Below, piece after piece: positions 12,168-25,020 of a stretch of 64,000 nt of DNA. The position numbers and the translations under genes are program-made. The notes beneath the pieces were generated by a model. The model did no database searches, had not been told where the DNA came from, and saw only the letters and a list, made by a program, of their open reading frames with translations. Source of the stretch: Nemertoderma westbladi (taxonomy: Eukaryota; Animalia; Xenacoelomorpha); NCBI GenBank assembly GCA_032718475.1, contig JAUCBJ010007620.1, forward strand, positions 62,001 to 126,000. The letters run 5' to 3'. Position 1 is the first letter of the stretch. Each line of letters opens with the position of its first letter.

Positions 12168-13351
12168 TGTTTGCGCTTTTAGACCTTTAGCAGTTTAACC
12201 TGCCAAATTTAGGTGTCTTCTAGGTTATAAATCGACTTTAGCCTATAACAAGTATTTGATACACATAAAGTTACATTAGCCGAAGCCAGCCTATGCGCGA
12301 TCATTCACCCACGGTTAAGGGAGACTGGATTCGGATGCTCTGACCTTATTGCGGTGTAGGCCTACTGTACTATTCGATTGATCGTTAATATATAATCTCT
12401 GACAAATATTATTCACTTTCGGGAAATATTAACAGTTCCTTTAGGACGTGGCGCTCTAAGTATGTAAACAGAGTTATGACTTACACTAAACACAACGGGA
12501 TGGCTAATGATTTACGTATAAAGCGCATTCTTTAGGAAATGCTTTGTTATCTATCACACTCATGCACACTACCGCACACTGCTGCACACTGATCTGCCGA
12601 CCTTCACTAATTTTAATCATATATAAGGAGAACAGCAACTGACACATGTAGGGTCTATGAAATAGCATTCAATTCACTCCAAAACCACTATAATGTAAGT
12701 CGCAATTGCTATATGTAACCGGTCTCTCTAACCTTCAGTATATCAAGAAGATTGGGGTTTTCTGATTATTTATCGATATTCTCCAAATATAACAATATTC
12801 CATCAACTGATAACAATTAATAACCGACAGTAAATAGCAGTAAAATAATGCGGTGTTTGTATGTGATCAGGTTTGTGATGAGTTCGTTAGATAGAGTATG
12901 TCTGATAACAGTTATACGTTTCTATGATCAAAGCCGTTCTAATGTTTGGCTAAAGTCTGAAACACAGAATAATTCCACAGCCGATGTTCTGGGCTCAGGA
13001 AAAAAGGTAAACAAAGACCATAATGCATTGCGCGATTTCCCGGAGGCTTCTGTGCAAATAAAATGAAAATCGCTCTGATTGGTCGAGCCGAACAAAGAAC
13101 AAAGAAAAGCTCTACGTGGACATATCAGCTGATAGATGTCGTCATCTGAACTACACTGTATCAAGAGTATTTTGGCGTATTGCGGCATAAAATCGCTAGT
13201 TATGTCCGCTAAAGTACACATACAGAAAAATGGCTTTTTATGTCCACTAAAACACCTACACAGTAAGAAAACGGCTTTTTATGTCCGCTAAAACACCTAC
13301 AGAGTACTTTGCGGGGAAAATGACTAGCTAGATCCGCAAAAGCTCTTTACA
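12168..13351 (-). repeat. 3' LTR of element A (~1.18 kb; inner boundary inferred from the PPT)
   Basis: TGTT...TTACA ends on the plus strand; minus-strand TTTTCTGGGAGCGG|TGTAAAG. Candidate TATA (~12618-12625) and TCAGT initiator (~12590) on the minus strand. Confidence 0.6.
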
Positions 13352-13429
13352 CCGCTCCCAGAAAATGGGATTTAATTCTATAAAATATAAAAAATCACAG
13401 TTTCTAAAATATAAAAATACTCTAAACAG

Positions 13430-14980
13430 TTAGTCTTTCTTGCGCGGACGGCGTTTACGCAGTTTTTTGAGGCTAGCAAGAGTCCTTTTCTCTTTGGGGC
13501 GAGCCACTTTACTAGGAGGGCTATAACTCCTGGGTGAAGGGTGCAATACAATTGCATCGGAAGGTTTAGGATTACGGTCGATGTATCCGCCGGTCGAGGT
13601 ACCTGGTTGATCTATATCAACCTCAGTGGAACGAGGTCGAACAACCTTGAGAGCGCATTTTAAGACAGCAGCTCTTATTGGTCCCTGACGGGTCGTTTGC
13701 ACGAAAGCGGTAGGTGGACCGTGTGTAGTGAGAAATTTCCTCGGTTTGATGATTCTTTCCAACTCGCGTTCTCGGGCTCTATCGGAATCGATATGCTTCT
13801 CCTCGAGCTGATTTTCCTCCGCTTGTCGTTGAAAGCATTCGTCCAAAACTCTTGCAGAAGTAGAGTCGTCCAAGTTCGATATCTTCTTAGAGATTCTGGA
13901 TTTCCTGATCGAACTGAGATAAAGCTAATTCGTTTACCGCTTGGACTTGCTGCTGCAATTTACGTTTCTCTAAACAATTGTAGGTTCCTTTTCCGATCTT
14001 TTGACGAATAGTGTCCAACGCGTTTCGTACAACTCTCTCCTCCTCCTCGGTGACAGGTTGTATCGGGTTAAACCGGGACGATGATACGATTGAATGGCGA
14101 TATTAGATGTCCGCGTCCCAATCCGGCTAGGTAAGATGGGCGAATATCTAGGGAGCCCACAACCGGAGTGCCACCGACTAACTGTTCGGGTAACACTAGA
14201 TCTTTGAACAGTGAGTACAGTTCGGGAGGATCCGTGATACTATTAGGATCAAGAGTCTGAGGTCTAACTAGGGAATGAGGAGGTCTGACCGAGTATTCCG
14301 GAACTCTGATCATAGGTTTATTTAAGGATCGTTTGAATCGAACGAGCGTAGGTGATACATCGAACAAGTTTCGCTCGAAACTCCCGTAAATATAGCGAGT
14401 AAAACCGTGTTTAAAGCAACGTCTCCGCGGATGTTTATGTCTTTCCGTTTGTTGGTTGGGTCTTGGGCATTCATCGCAATAATACCAAAGACGCACGTCT
14501 TGTAGGGGAAACGCGGGTGATATTTATTCGGTTTTACAATGTTTCTCTCAAGAATTCCAAATATACGTTGGAGTTACCGCGTTTATCAGGTTCTTTAACG
14601 TCTTCTCTTTCGAGTCGATTTCGAATAGAATTTTCGCATTCGATTTTCAGTTTATCGTTCCGACTCCGCTGGGTAGGATATTTAAATAGTACCATTTCCC
14701 TTTCGGTGTCGACATCGTCCGTATCGTGTAAATCGATAGGATGACCAGTAGTTAAGAAGTCCATATGCGTACCATTACGATGCGTATAGCGAGCGGTGAA
14801 TTTTCTATAGTCCAATTCACGCGTAAGTTGCTCCTGGGACATCGGCGGTTCGATATAACGACCATCGTCCTCCGTAGTAGTTGGACTAGCGTCGCCGCGT
14901 ATCAAGCTATCAACAAACGCTTGTAAAGGTAGAGTATATCGCTCCCTGATACCAAGATCATCTTCTATCAACTCAGTCAT
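13430..14980 (-). pseudogene. Accessory ORF of element A in the env position, broken into three fragments; function unknown
   Basis: Colinear ORFs 14534-14980, 14068-14496 and 13430-13873 with coding-like sequence between them; basic C-terminus KKLRKRRPRKKD. Confidence 0.55.
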
Positions 14981-16686
14981 AGCTGCTATATGAGTTTATC
15001 AATATTATAATGAGTTTATAATTAGGCTAGCGGGCGTCGCTGCCTACCCCTCTCGGCCCCCGGACAGCGCAAGATCCTCAGCGCCGATGTACTGTCTCGC
15101 CGCTGTGCTTATCGCCAACATAGTAGCTGCACAACGACAACAACAACCAGCGCGAGTCACTCCACTGTCCGTCCCAAAGGCTTAGATTTACTTCAGGTTC
15201 TTACTGCAGAGTTAGGGCTACTTTCACAATTGCGACTCGCTACTGTAAACACACTTTAGTAGTAACATTCACCTATAAACGCACAAATTCCACACAACTG
15301 TCACAAACTGCACACATTCGGGCCATTTGTCCGTTAGTCAAGTGCCTTCCAGAATGCCACGTTATTATTATGTATCCTTGGATACTAGCAGTGTGCTATT
15401 TATTCCTTATGCTATTCAATGGGGCAAGCTTTATTGTTCTTTTAACTCACTTCTAATTCTAGCGTGGTTGTTGCCATGGTGACATTATGGAAAGCTAGCA
15501 GTAGAATTAGGGTAATTCTCCATGCATACAGATCTGGGATGCTATTTAATAGTAATTCTTTAATTGTCAATATTCCCTTTATACATGATTTTATGAATTT
15601 TATCGGCTATTGACTATATATTGGAGATTCTCGCACACTAATACACTTAATAGGGTGAATCTCCGCTCCCATGATCTATTAATTAATGGAATTTTGGGAA
15701 TGTTATAAATTGTATAAAATGACAATTTATCAAATTCATTAAAAGAATGAATTTAAATTTATTCCCGTAAATTTTATTATTTAATATTAAAATAGACACA
15801 ATTTTATTCCAGAGCATGTCTGGGGACTAGGATCCTTAATTCTAGGAAATTTGTCCTTTTAAGAGTATCGGTAAGTGCTACGATATCTTAATCGACTAGA
15901 ATTTTAAAGGATCTAAATTTTAACAGATTTTGATTTATAGATTTTCTAGAGTTAACTTGTAAGTATTTACTCTATTGTATTTGTTTGACAGATTTTATAA
16001 ATATTAATAGTTAATATTTAAGATGGGCACCGGTTTATTCCAGAACTTGTCTGGGGACGTTAACCACTGATTCTAGAATTTTGTCTTTCAAGTATATCGG
16101 TGGGTGCCGCGATATCTTAATCGACTAGAATTACAGATGGTCAAAGGGTTTAACAGATTTATTTTGCGTTTTACGCTACTGTTAAAGGGACATCACGCTA
16201 CTATATGTATTATTTAATATACGGTATGAGAGCAATATCGCAAGAAGCAATGTCAGTGAGAAGAGGCAAGTCGTTTCCAAGGTCTACCCAGAGCTTGGTT
16301 TAGCCGAGACACGAGGATCTGAATTTTGCATTCCTAATACTCTACTTACCAATAATACTTGAATATAGTAGGAGCTTTATTGTACTTTAATAAGTACGGA
16401 CATTTCATCTTACTGTAGTCACGTATTTATAATATGATACGGACAGTAAGGAAAGAGAAAAAGAATTATTTCTCGCCGTCGCACTAAATATATATATATA
16501 TAAGTAATTAAGTAATAAGCACTAATATATATTGCACTAATCTACTAGATAATCGCTAAAATAACATTCTACTAAATAAAATTAAAGAAAACGATTATAA
16601 TAAAATTACATAATAATACATACATAAATATAAAATAATAAAAACAAATATAAAATAATATAGTCACACACCCACTCCAGACGCTG

Positions 16687-19600
16687 TTACGTTGGGGAGT
16701 CCCTAGATGTTTGTTGGATTAGGGAGGTGGTCGTGGGAAGAGTATCTTGCCTTCCATAGTTTCCGGACAGTTCTCGGTCTCTTTCCAGTAAACATAAACG
16801 ACCAACTGGGCGATTGAGTTGTTGTGTTTCGAATACAATTCCAGGTTTCCTCTTCGTCCTGGAATAGTGACGATAGAAACATCGCTTCAAATACACGACG
16901 GCCTTACAAAGCCGATTCCAGGAGCTATAGTGGTCCATCGCTCCCGGCAGGAGAGGTGAGAGTCCCTGCGAGACGTCTGGTGTTCCAGATCTCCAGTCTC
17001 TCTCTCTGATCTCCACAACAGATCTGTTCGCGGTGGGGGAGTTTAGATCCACAGCGTCATCCTTGGCAATGTGTAGTACAGACAGATCTATCACGGGTTT
17101 AAATAACCTTGATTTACTCGTCCGGGTTTTAGGTTTGACTTTCTCCGCTCCCTTGGCTTGTCTAATCTCAGCCGTGGTAAGATGGGGAGGCCATTCATCT
17201 TCTTTACTCAGGAAGTCGGGTCCACCTAACCAGTCTGGAGTATCTGTCAGTTCTTGAGGAGTTGCTCCTCTGGAAGCGATGTCGGCTAGATTAATCGTCT
17301 CGGGGCAATGTCTCCATTGATCTACATAAGAGTTAATATCATCATTATCTGAGGAGTATGGTGTTCCCTCAGTTGTGGTCGTCTCTCCCTCACTGATGTC
17401 TTCTTCCCATTCACTCTCCTGATGGACCTGATCTTTGGGTAGCCTTTCTAGGAGTGTCCTACGGGAAGGTCCAGTGAGGTACCAACCTACTCTTGTTCTT
17501 CCCGCATAGGTTTGCAATGGTTGCGGTCGAGTAGGCCGTTTCTCTAATGTCTCAAGCGCCTCATGCGCCTTTTGGCCGATGAGTATTTGCACTCCAGGGT
17601 AGTCTGTGTTGAATCTAGGTATCTTATGCTGCTGGGTGAAACCGTCCTCATCCCAGTTATAAGGTTCCACTTGGCTGGTAGCGAAGTTCTTTATCGCCAC
17701 CATTTTTACTAACCTTATACTGTGTTCTCCTAGTTCATCCTGGGGGGTGGACAACACGCCTACATAATAGTCTGTAGCTACTGTAGATTTCCAAACCTGC
17801 ATAATTCCTGAAAGGTTCAACTTAGTTAGGAACTTGGGTTGTCCAGCAAAGATGTCTTCGGCTAGGTCTTTGTCGATGAATGTTCCTGTGCTGCCGGAGT
17901 CAAGGAGGGCGTTTACTATATAGCTCTTTTTTAACCCGTGGACTCTCAACTGCACTACGTGAAATTCTAGGATTCCTACGTTGGAAGTTGGCGCTTTCCA
18001 AGATGGTTGTCGGTCAGGAATAGTTAGGGGGAGCTCACTATCGGTTTCAGTCTCATACGTAAGTGCTCGATACACTGCGGTGTTTATTAGATAACAGGAT
18101 TCGTTTTCGTCGGAGAATTCATCCGTGTAGAATCCTTCCATCTCAGACCTGAGGTCAGTGTCGTTCACATCACTGAATTGGACATGTAGTTCGGGATCAC
18201 TTACCTGACTCGTGCGGGTTCTTTCAAATTCTGTGTGCAGCAAGATATGATGTTTCGCGCCGCACTTAGCACACCTAGCATCTGAGTAACAGGTCCGCCG
18301 TTGGTGTCCTCGTCTGAGACATTTATAACACAACCGCTTATCCCACATGACATCACGTCTATCCTTTAGGGATTTCTTTAAGAATTCATCACACCCACTC
18401 AAGCGATGGGGCCCGTCGCACAATACACATTTGGGCTTGATGTTACTTACCTTACCCTGTTTGGTGTTGTGCACACTTGTTCTTTCCTCAGCCTTTCTTC
18501 CATGAATTCTCTTATGAGACGTGGGAGGAGTTTTTGTTGTCTGTTCTCTCCTGTCACTGGTTCGAGACTTAAATTTACTTACGTCCTTTGGTGTTTTGTT
18601 GACATAATAAGATCTTTCGGTGTTTTTCCCGCCGTTCTCCTCGTGGGAGGTTTGGCTTTCGCCGTCGTCTGTATAACACACTGGTGTTACCTTTCTCCTA
18701 GAAACGGGTTTTTCACTTACCTCACTTTCTGGTGTCTTCTCTCTGGACTGCTTTAGGAGCTGTAATTTTACCTCTCCATCTAAGAATGACATGAGATCAG
18801 CCATGGTAGGGTCTCTTCGTTGTTGTTCCATCATATATAACACTTTCTTATCCCAGCGTGTACCTACTCCACCCTTTGGCAAAGTAGATGCTATGGCTCC
18901 AATAACCATAGAACTCTGATATTCATGAGACTTACCTAGCCAATCTAATTGTCTACAGATCTCCTGAATCTCATCGGAAAACTCTATAATCCCGCTGCTA
19001 AGAAACTTTCGGGGCGCTACCAATTTTGCATACAAATACCTAGCTATGTTATTCCTATTACCATACCTGATGTTTAGTGTATCCCAAACTTGTTTTAATC
19101 CATCTGGATGTCCAATAAACTTTAACGCCATTAACTTGGGAGATCCTTCCAAGCACTCGATGAGGAATCTAAGTTTCTCTCCGTTAGATAACACAGAGTT
19201 CTGTATGTTATCTTTATAATATTCATTAAAAGGTAACCATTTCATCTCATCTCCATTGAACTTGACGATCTCTCCCACCTTTACCGCTTGACGGGCTTCG
19301 GTTCTAACCATTTGACGCGTAAAACTTTCTTGGGCCATCGTGTTATTTAATATCGAGTTATCGGTATATAAATTTCTCGGATTATGATCAGGGCAATATG
19401 GAATATCATTGTCAACAGGTTTATAATTACCTTTAATAGGGTTTACTATAGGAGTTTCTACTTCACTAGCAGTATAGATGCGTGTAGGCTCCACACCTTG
19501 CGCATGAAATACTTCAGACCTAACAGGTTGACACATTGTTACAGGGGGTGGTGGTATACCCTTTTGTATATTTACTAATTTGTCGCGTTCTAACGCGATA

Positions 19601-21639
19601 TTCTGCTGCACTTCTTGCAACTCTAACCTGCTTTCCCTTACTGTGCCCTTGAACTGTTGAACAGTCTCCTGCATCTGCCTGAGCAGGAGATCCATCCCCC
19701 GCCGTCTCTCATCCACCCACTCGACCGCCGAAGCGGGAGCCGCCAACATAGTAGCGGGTAGACGAGGGACAACGGGCGACAAATCATTGATATTTCGCTC
19801 AGAGTCCAGGACAGGAACTGTCTCAGGGGCGGTTCTGTTGGGCACAGGTAGTTTAGTGCTGTGCAAAGGGAATTTAGAGGTAGGTTCTGGGAGTACAGGT
19901 GTCTCTATCACCGAAGGGGTGGCTTCGAGAACAGGCCTAATTATTTCAGGTTCATCTACTATAGTAGGGAGTCTTTCTACTCTAATAATTTGGTCTATGG
20001 GTTCTGTACTACCTAAGTCTGTGCTAGCTAGTTGCCTTCTCACAGCTGGGGGCAAATCAGGCAATTTCTGACGGTGGGGCATTCTTCTACGCCTGCTGAG
20101 ACGAGATCTATTTCCTCCGCCTTCAGGATCTGTTGTATCGCCTTCATCCGATGATGTAAAGCCCTGTCGCTTGGGGGTGGATCGACTTATCAGCTGCATC
20201 TGACTAGCTGTTATCTGTTTATTGAAGTTGTCTTGCTTCTCTTGAAGATTTTCCAACTCTAGTTGGGCTGTCTCTTCAGATGCCCTCCGTTCTGCTTCTG
20301 CCACTGCCGCTGCCGCTTTTCTTTCCGCTTCGGCCGCTTTTCTTTCCGCTTCTGCTGCTGCCATTGCCGCTTTCCTTTCCAGTTCGGCCGCTTTTCTTTC
20401 CGCTTCTGCCGCTGCCATTGCCGCTTTCCTTTCCACTTCTGCAGCTGCCGCTGCTGCCGCCTTTCGGTCTTCTATACGTTTTTTCTTTACTTGTTCTTCT
20501 TGAACCTTAGCGATGCGGATGCTTTCATCAAATTTAGCTTGGTTCGCAGCTAGCATTTCCGCATCTATTGTGTCAAGCACAAACTTGGCTCCTTCACTAC
20601 TAGGACGAAGTCCAGCCAGCCTTCTCCTCAACTCTTTGTCACCTAGAAATCGTTGATAGTCTGACAGATAGATGCCAATAGCGTCCTTCTTCTGCGGTTT
20701 CTCTGCTGTCGCTTCGCTTTCCACTTGAGAAAAGGTAGCGTCTGTTGATTCTCCGTGGGTTGAGCGCTCAGCCAGCTGAAATTTCCACTGCGCTGTTTCT
20801 TGAACATTGAGACTCACCCGCTGGAACCAAGTCTTTACGGCAACTTGCAATGACGTGTCTTGTCTTCTTTTCGAAGCTTCCTCAAAGGCCGATAGGATTA
20901 GTCTGATTCTTAGAATTCTTTCTCGAACATGATAAAGCAACTCTCCCTGCTCTTGAGGTCCTTGGGTTTGTTGAAACAGTTGTTCCTCTAATCGCTCCAA
21001 AGAGCTGAAGAATCCCTGTACATATCCTGCTGCCGACCTCTTCCACACAGCTGGATCACTAGTGTCTTTTGTCACTCCCATCCTGTGTATGTCTTCCCAG
21101 GCAGCTTCCGATAAGTCAAACGGGAGTCCGGGTCCGGGGAAGTTCCATTGCGACTCGACAATAGACTTCAGTTCCTCCCTTGTGTATCCCGCATAACTGT
21201 CCTTGGTCGATCGCTTACTTCTCGCCCAATCAATTTGGTGTTCCTCCACCGCAATCAATACCCTAGTGAGTACGGCTGCAGGAAGAATGAGAAGGGGATC
21301 CGAATAAACCGCATCTGCCATCTTTGCTCCACGCTCGGGTGTCAGCTCTACAGTATCCGAACTACTGGAGCTATTGGGCCGCTGAGAAATAAGTTCTCGG
21401 CTAGGGTGTTGCTGCTGTTTGACAGCTGCTTCTTGATCCCGCTTGACTTGAGCCCGAGTGCCTATGATAGACCTATGGTGTTGGACTAGCCTAGGGTCTG
21501 ATACTACTACTGGAGGGATGATCTTTCTTACAGTAGGAGGTGAGTTGAACTTCGGTCTCAAACATTCAGCACTCCTATCTGGGTCACAGATGGTTGTATC
21601 TAGGAGACTGTCTGACAGGTTTTGCTTTGTGTCAGACAT
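16687..21639 (-). CDS. BEL/Pao gag-protease polyprotein with internal deletions of RT and most of RNase H/integrase
   Basis: DUF1759-like gag (KFNGDEMKW..EKLRFL), BEL triple Zn knuckle (CVLCDGPHRLSGC; CYKCLRRGHQRRTC; CAKCGAKHHILLH), protease ALLDSGS, remnants QWRHC..NLADIASRG..WLGGPDFL and NRPVGRLCLLE. No YxDD motif. Confidence 0.85.
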   Translation of the reverse strand: MSDTKQNLSDSLLDTTICDPDRSAECLRPKFNSPPTVRKIIPPVVVSDPRLVQHHRSIIGTRAQVKRDQEAAVKQQQHPSRELISQRPNSSSSSDTVELTPERGAKMADAVYSDPLLILPAAVLTRVLIAVEEHQIDWARSKRSTKDSYAGYTREELKSIVESQWNFPGPGLPFDLSEAAWEDIHRMGVTKDTSDPAVWKRSAAGYVQGFFSSLERLEEQLFQQTQGPQEQGELLYHVRERILRIRLILSAFEEASKRRQDTSLQVAVKTWFQRVSLNVQETAQWKFQLAERSTHGESTDATFSQVESEATAEKPQKKDAIGIYLSDYQRFLGDKELRRRLAGLRPSSEGAKFVLDTIDAEMLAANQAKFDESIRIAKVQEEQVKKKRIEDRKAAAAAAAEVERKAAMAAAEAERKAAELERKAAMAAAEAERKAAEAERKAAAAVAEAERRASEETAQLELENLQEKQDNFNKQITASQMQLISRSTPKRQGFTSSDEGDTTDPEGGGNRSRLSRRRRMPHRQKLPDLPPAVRRQLASTDLGSTEPIDQIIRVERLPTIVDEPEIIRPVLEATPSVIETPVLPEPTSKFPLHSTKLPVPNRTAPETVPVLDSERNINDLSPVVPRLPATMLAAPASAVEWVDERRRGMDLLLRQMQETVQQFKGTVRESRLELQEVQQNIALERDKLVNIQKGIPPPPVTMCQPVRSEVFHAQGVEPTRIYTASEVETPIVNPIKGNYKPVDNDIPYCPDHNPRNLYTDNSILNNTMAQESFTRQMVRTEARQAVKVGEIVKFNGDEMKWLPFNEYYKDNIQNSVLSNGEKLRFLIECLEGSPKLMALKFIGHPDGLKQVWDTLNIRYGNRNNIARYLYAKLVAPRKFLSSGIIEFSDEIQEICRQLDWLGKSHEYQSSMVIGAIASTLPKGGVGTRWDKKVLYMMEQQRRDPTMADLMSFLDGEVKLQLLKQSREKTPESEVSEKPVSRRKVTPVCYTDDGESQTSHEENGGKNTERSYYVNKTPKDVSKFKSRTSDRREQTTKTPPTSHKRIHGRKAEERTSVHNTKQGKVSNIKPKCVLCDGPHRLSGCDEFLKKSLKDRRDVMWDKRLCYKCLRRGHQRRTCYSDARCAKCGAKHHILLHTEFERTRTSQVSDPELHVQFSDVNDTDLRSEMEGFYTDEFSDENESCYLINTAVYRALTYETETDSELPLTIPDRQPSWKAPTSNVGILEFHVVQLRVHGLKKSYIVNALLDSGSTGTFIDKDLAEDIFAGQPKFLTKLNLSGIMQVWKSTVATDYYVGVLSTPQDELGEHSIRLVKMVAIKNFATSQVEPYNWDEDGFTQQHKIPRFNTDYPGVQILIGQKAHEALETLEKRPTRPQPLQTYAGRTRVGWYLTGPSRRTLLERLPKDQVHQESEWEEDISEGETTTTEGTPYSSDNDDINSYVDQWRHCPETINLADIASRGATPQELTDTPDWLGGPDFLSKEDEWPPHLTTAEIRQAKGAEKVKPKTRTSKSRLFKPVIDLSVLHIAKDDAVDLNSPTANRSVVEIRERDWRSGTPDVSQGLSPLLPGAMDHYSSWNRLCKAVVYLKRCFYRHYSRTKRKPGIVFETQQLNRPVGRLCLLERDRELSGNYGRQDTLPTTTSLIQQTSRDSPT

Positions 21640-23547
21640 GTTTGTTCGTACAGTTGAATGCCTACTGCTATATTACAGTTAAAGCAAGTCTAGTAATTCA
21701 GTATCAACTGTTAGCCTAGTAATTAATTACCGATATCGTTACTCTATGTAATGTGATATATATACAATATATTAGAGTACCGGTATACACTTATAGCATA
21801 TATATAAGTATTATTACAGACTAGGTTTGTCACAGAATACCGGTATATAATTTCAGCGCAAATATATATAAATATATAATAAGCCTATCGTGAATACCGG
21901 TATACAACTTACACTTATAGTATATAAGTATAATTATAAACTAGAATTAATTATAGAATACCGGTATATAATTTCAGCTCAAATTTATAGAAATAAATAT
22001 AATAAGCCTATTGTAAATACCGGTATGTCAATTATTTTTAGAATAATTGAATTTCTGAATTTTAGATGTTACTTGGTTACTTTACTTTACTTTATTACCG
22101 TTATTTAAGCAGTAGTCCAACTGATATTAAGACCTAATTGTTGTATGACAGGCCTACTATTTTATAAATCAGTTTGAGTTGATTTATAATATATATACCC
22201 GTTTAATGGGTTTTGTTACAATATTTGAAATAAATGTTATTATTTCTGGGAAGGAGTCACTACACAGAAGCTGTACGCTCTCAGTGAAGTGCTACTTGTT
22301 GGACACTAAAACAAATAATTCTACTTGCCTAAGTTACTTATTACTACAAATTACGTACAATTACGGGGTGAGATTACAATCTCTAAATAAACACAAAATT
22401 ACACGTACGAATTTTTAGGGTTAATTTTACAGGGAATCTACAAACCAGCCTAACAAGGAGTTAGAATTTCTGGTTATTACAAATGGACAGGATACTTCGG
22501 TATTTGAAAATAATAAAGCAGTAGTAAATATATTGCGTTGTCTAGATAGGAAAAATACCACTGTCTGACGACTTATAGCCGTAGTGCTATAAGTACTACA
22601 TTATGTACCCAGAGTGTTCCTACCTAGAAGTTAATTACCGCAGCCTACTATAGCTAACGTGCCTATTAACCACTTTACAACACAAATATACTGCCTACAA
22701 ACTAATTACCTTCGGAAAGCACTGTACACCAAACCCTAAATTAGGTACAAGTACTTATACAACAAATAACCAGCAGTTAGAAATACTTGTACAGCTAAAA
22801 GAACCACGGTATCTGCCGGAGTGACCAGAGCATAAAATCACCAGTCTTTACCTACGCCAAACAGTCCTGATGTAGTACCGGGGTTAATTTAACTATAACG
22901 GTATGTATAACAAGCACAATTACTGTAGGAATAAACTTGGGGTTGTGAATGTTACGAATAATCGCATAAACTCTGAATAATAAATATTACGCTACCCGTA
23001 CAGACTACACAAACAAAATACAGACCAAACGCTGGCAGACTACTATCAAGCCTAAATAAACTACAGTATATGCAGACTCCGAAATGGTTAGTTAGTATGC
23101 GTTCTAACAGAGTAGTACAACTTATTCTTTCGGGGGGGATTTACCTTACAGCACTGGATGCCCCCACGTTCCTAACTAGTACTTTATCGGACATACACTC
23201 TACACACACTGCAATCTCTCCGGACCTGACAACAGCCAGACAACAATCCAGCCTACAAATTATTTATACAATCTGAGCAGGCTTACACGCCTTCTGCTCA
23301 ATATTAACTTACAAATAAATAAAACTGACAGAAATAAGTAAAATCCCAATAAAAAACCAGGGCGGCCGTCCCTGATTAAATATCAAGACCTACCGGTATA
23401 TAATTATCAAAATCGAATAATACTGATGTACCTGTACTGCTGTAAGTACCGGTTCGGGTGGTTAGGTAGTTAGGCCTACTGGTTACCGGTCGACCGGTAC
23501 ATTCAGCTTTATTGCCTACGTTGCAATAAAGAAGCTATAACTGTTAT

Positions 23548-23824
23548 TGTTCGCGCTTTTAGACCTTTAGCAGTTTAACCTGCCAAATTTAGGTGTCTTC
23601 TAGGTTATAAATCGACTTTAGCCTATAACAAGTATTTGATACACATAAAGTTATATTAGCCAAAGCCAGCCTATGCGCGATCATTCACCCACGGTTAAGG
23701 GAGACTGGATTCGGATGCTCTGACCTTATTGCGGTGTAGACCTACTGTACTATTCGATTGATCGTTAATATATAATCTCTAACAAATATTATTCACTTTT
23801 GGGAAATATTAACAGTTCCTTTAG
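23548..23824 (-). repeat. Remnant of the 5' LTR of element A (277 bp)
   Basis: Near-identical to 12168-12444; similarity stops abruptly at 23824. Confidence 0.85.
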
Positions 23825-24514
23825 TTTCTCTCCCCTTAAATTTCTTATGGAATTTTCACATATTAAATAATATTTTTGGTTGCCATGGCAACAAGAAATG
23901 ACATGATTGGCTGGCCAATTATGGTCTGAACATAGCAACATGTGAGGTACTTGATCCTGAATTGGTTTCTTTTTAAAATGATAGTAACCATATTTAATCT
24001 GAAGAAACATTATAGGTGATATTATTTTCTTATTACCCAAGTTACAGGCCAACTACTATTCCTCTTCAACGCCGAATCTAGAAAAAAACAATTATGCTTA
24101 AGGACAATATAATTACAGAGTTTCCTAATTTTGCAACAATGGGAACACGCAATACGGATACGTTTCCAAAATTTCATAAATTTACTGTACAGTACAATTA
24201 ATTTCGACGATGTAATTATCATAGTTGTCATTGTAACCGGGTTTCAAAAAGTGCCCCTTCGGATTCTCCAATAGTGATTTGGGTGGGGTAGGTCAAGGTT
24301 AGAATTCCGTAGGATTATAGGAAATGGGTGAATTATGTATGACTTTCTGTTGCCATGGTGAAATGGTCTATTTAACCAAGTCCCAACAACCCGATTTGGG
24401 CCGATTTTGGATATGTTGATAAGCATAAAATTTGGGCCTAGATAATATTCAATTAAATTCTGTTGCAATTTGTCCGAGGTTGAGCCCTTTTTCGCCTATT
24501 TTGACTGGACTAAT
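23825..24514. mobile_element. Probable non-autonomous DNA-type repeat fragment abutting the truncated LTR
   Basis: Ends in TTTTGACTGGACTA and contains TTGCCATGG(C/T) motifs typical of invertebrate MITE-like repeats. No TIR pair or TSD found. Confidence 0.35.
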
Positions 24515-24734
24515 ATTGGACGCTACATGATCCTTAGTAATACGTCTTCACTTAGGCATTATACTCTGCATGAAGTTGAAACCTGCCCTTAGTTATTGCT
24601 GTTACTATTAACAGAGATTGTTTGTACAAGTAGGCATAAAACACATCATAAATCACCGCCAGTATGTAACCGTAACGGACCATTAGTGTATCAGAAGTGC
24701 AGATACAATTCCCAGAGATTCGATGTTCCACATT

Positions 24735-25020
24735 GATGCAGTGGTTGCATTCAATTCACATCTCCCGTAGGTCGTGGGTTCGATCCTGACATGGGCCAGG
24801 GCGGTTTTCGTTTAGGCACGAATGCTTTAAAGGTACCAGCCAGAGGGCGCATCTCTTCCTTTATTAAGTGGTAGCTAAATGAGTACTGGAGATTCCTCAA
24901 CGCACTGGAAATAATTCGTCAGACTAATCCCGTCGTATCCGTCGTATCCGTCGTAATCCCTGGCTTGTGGCTGAAGAAAATTAGAAAAATAGAGTCCGCT
25001 GTACCGGTATCACGCTGGGG
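24735..25020 (+). mobile_element. Degenerate tRNA-derived SINE
   Basis: GCAGTGG..GGTCGTGGGTTCGATCC B box and a TAAATGAGTAC central motif resembling the SINE at 4352. Confidence 0.45.

Larger units (their letters stand above)
12168..23824 (-). mobile_element. Non-autonomous BEL/Pao LTR retrotransposon (element A); 5' LTR truncated
   Basis: Direct repeat 12168-12444 / 23548-23824, BEL-type gag-protease ORF, PPT-like GGGAGCGG next to TGTAAAG at 13351. No TSD can be checked because the outer end is missing. Confidence 0.8.

Noticed and set aside
12168-12444. Treating the 277-bp repeat as the complete LTR of element A
   Set aside because: No TSD or PPT at that boundary. A PPT plus TG at 13351 suggests a longer LTR with a truncated 5' copy.
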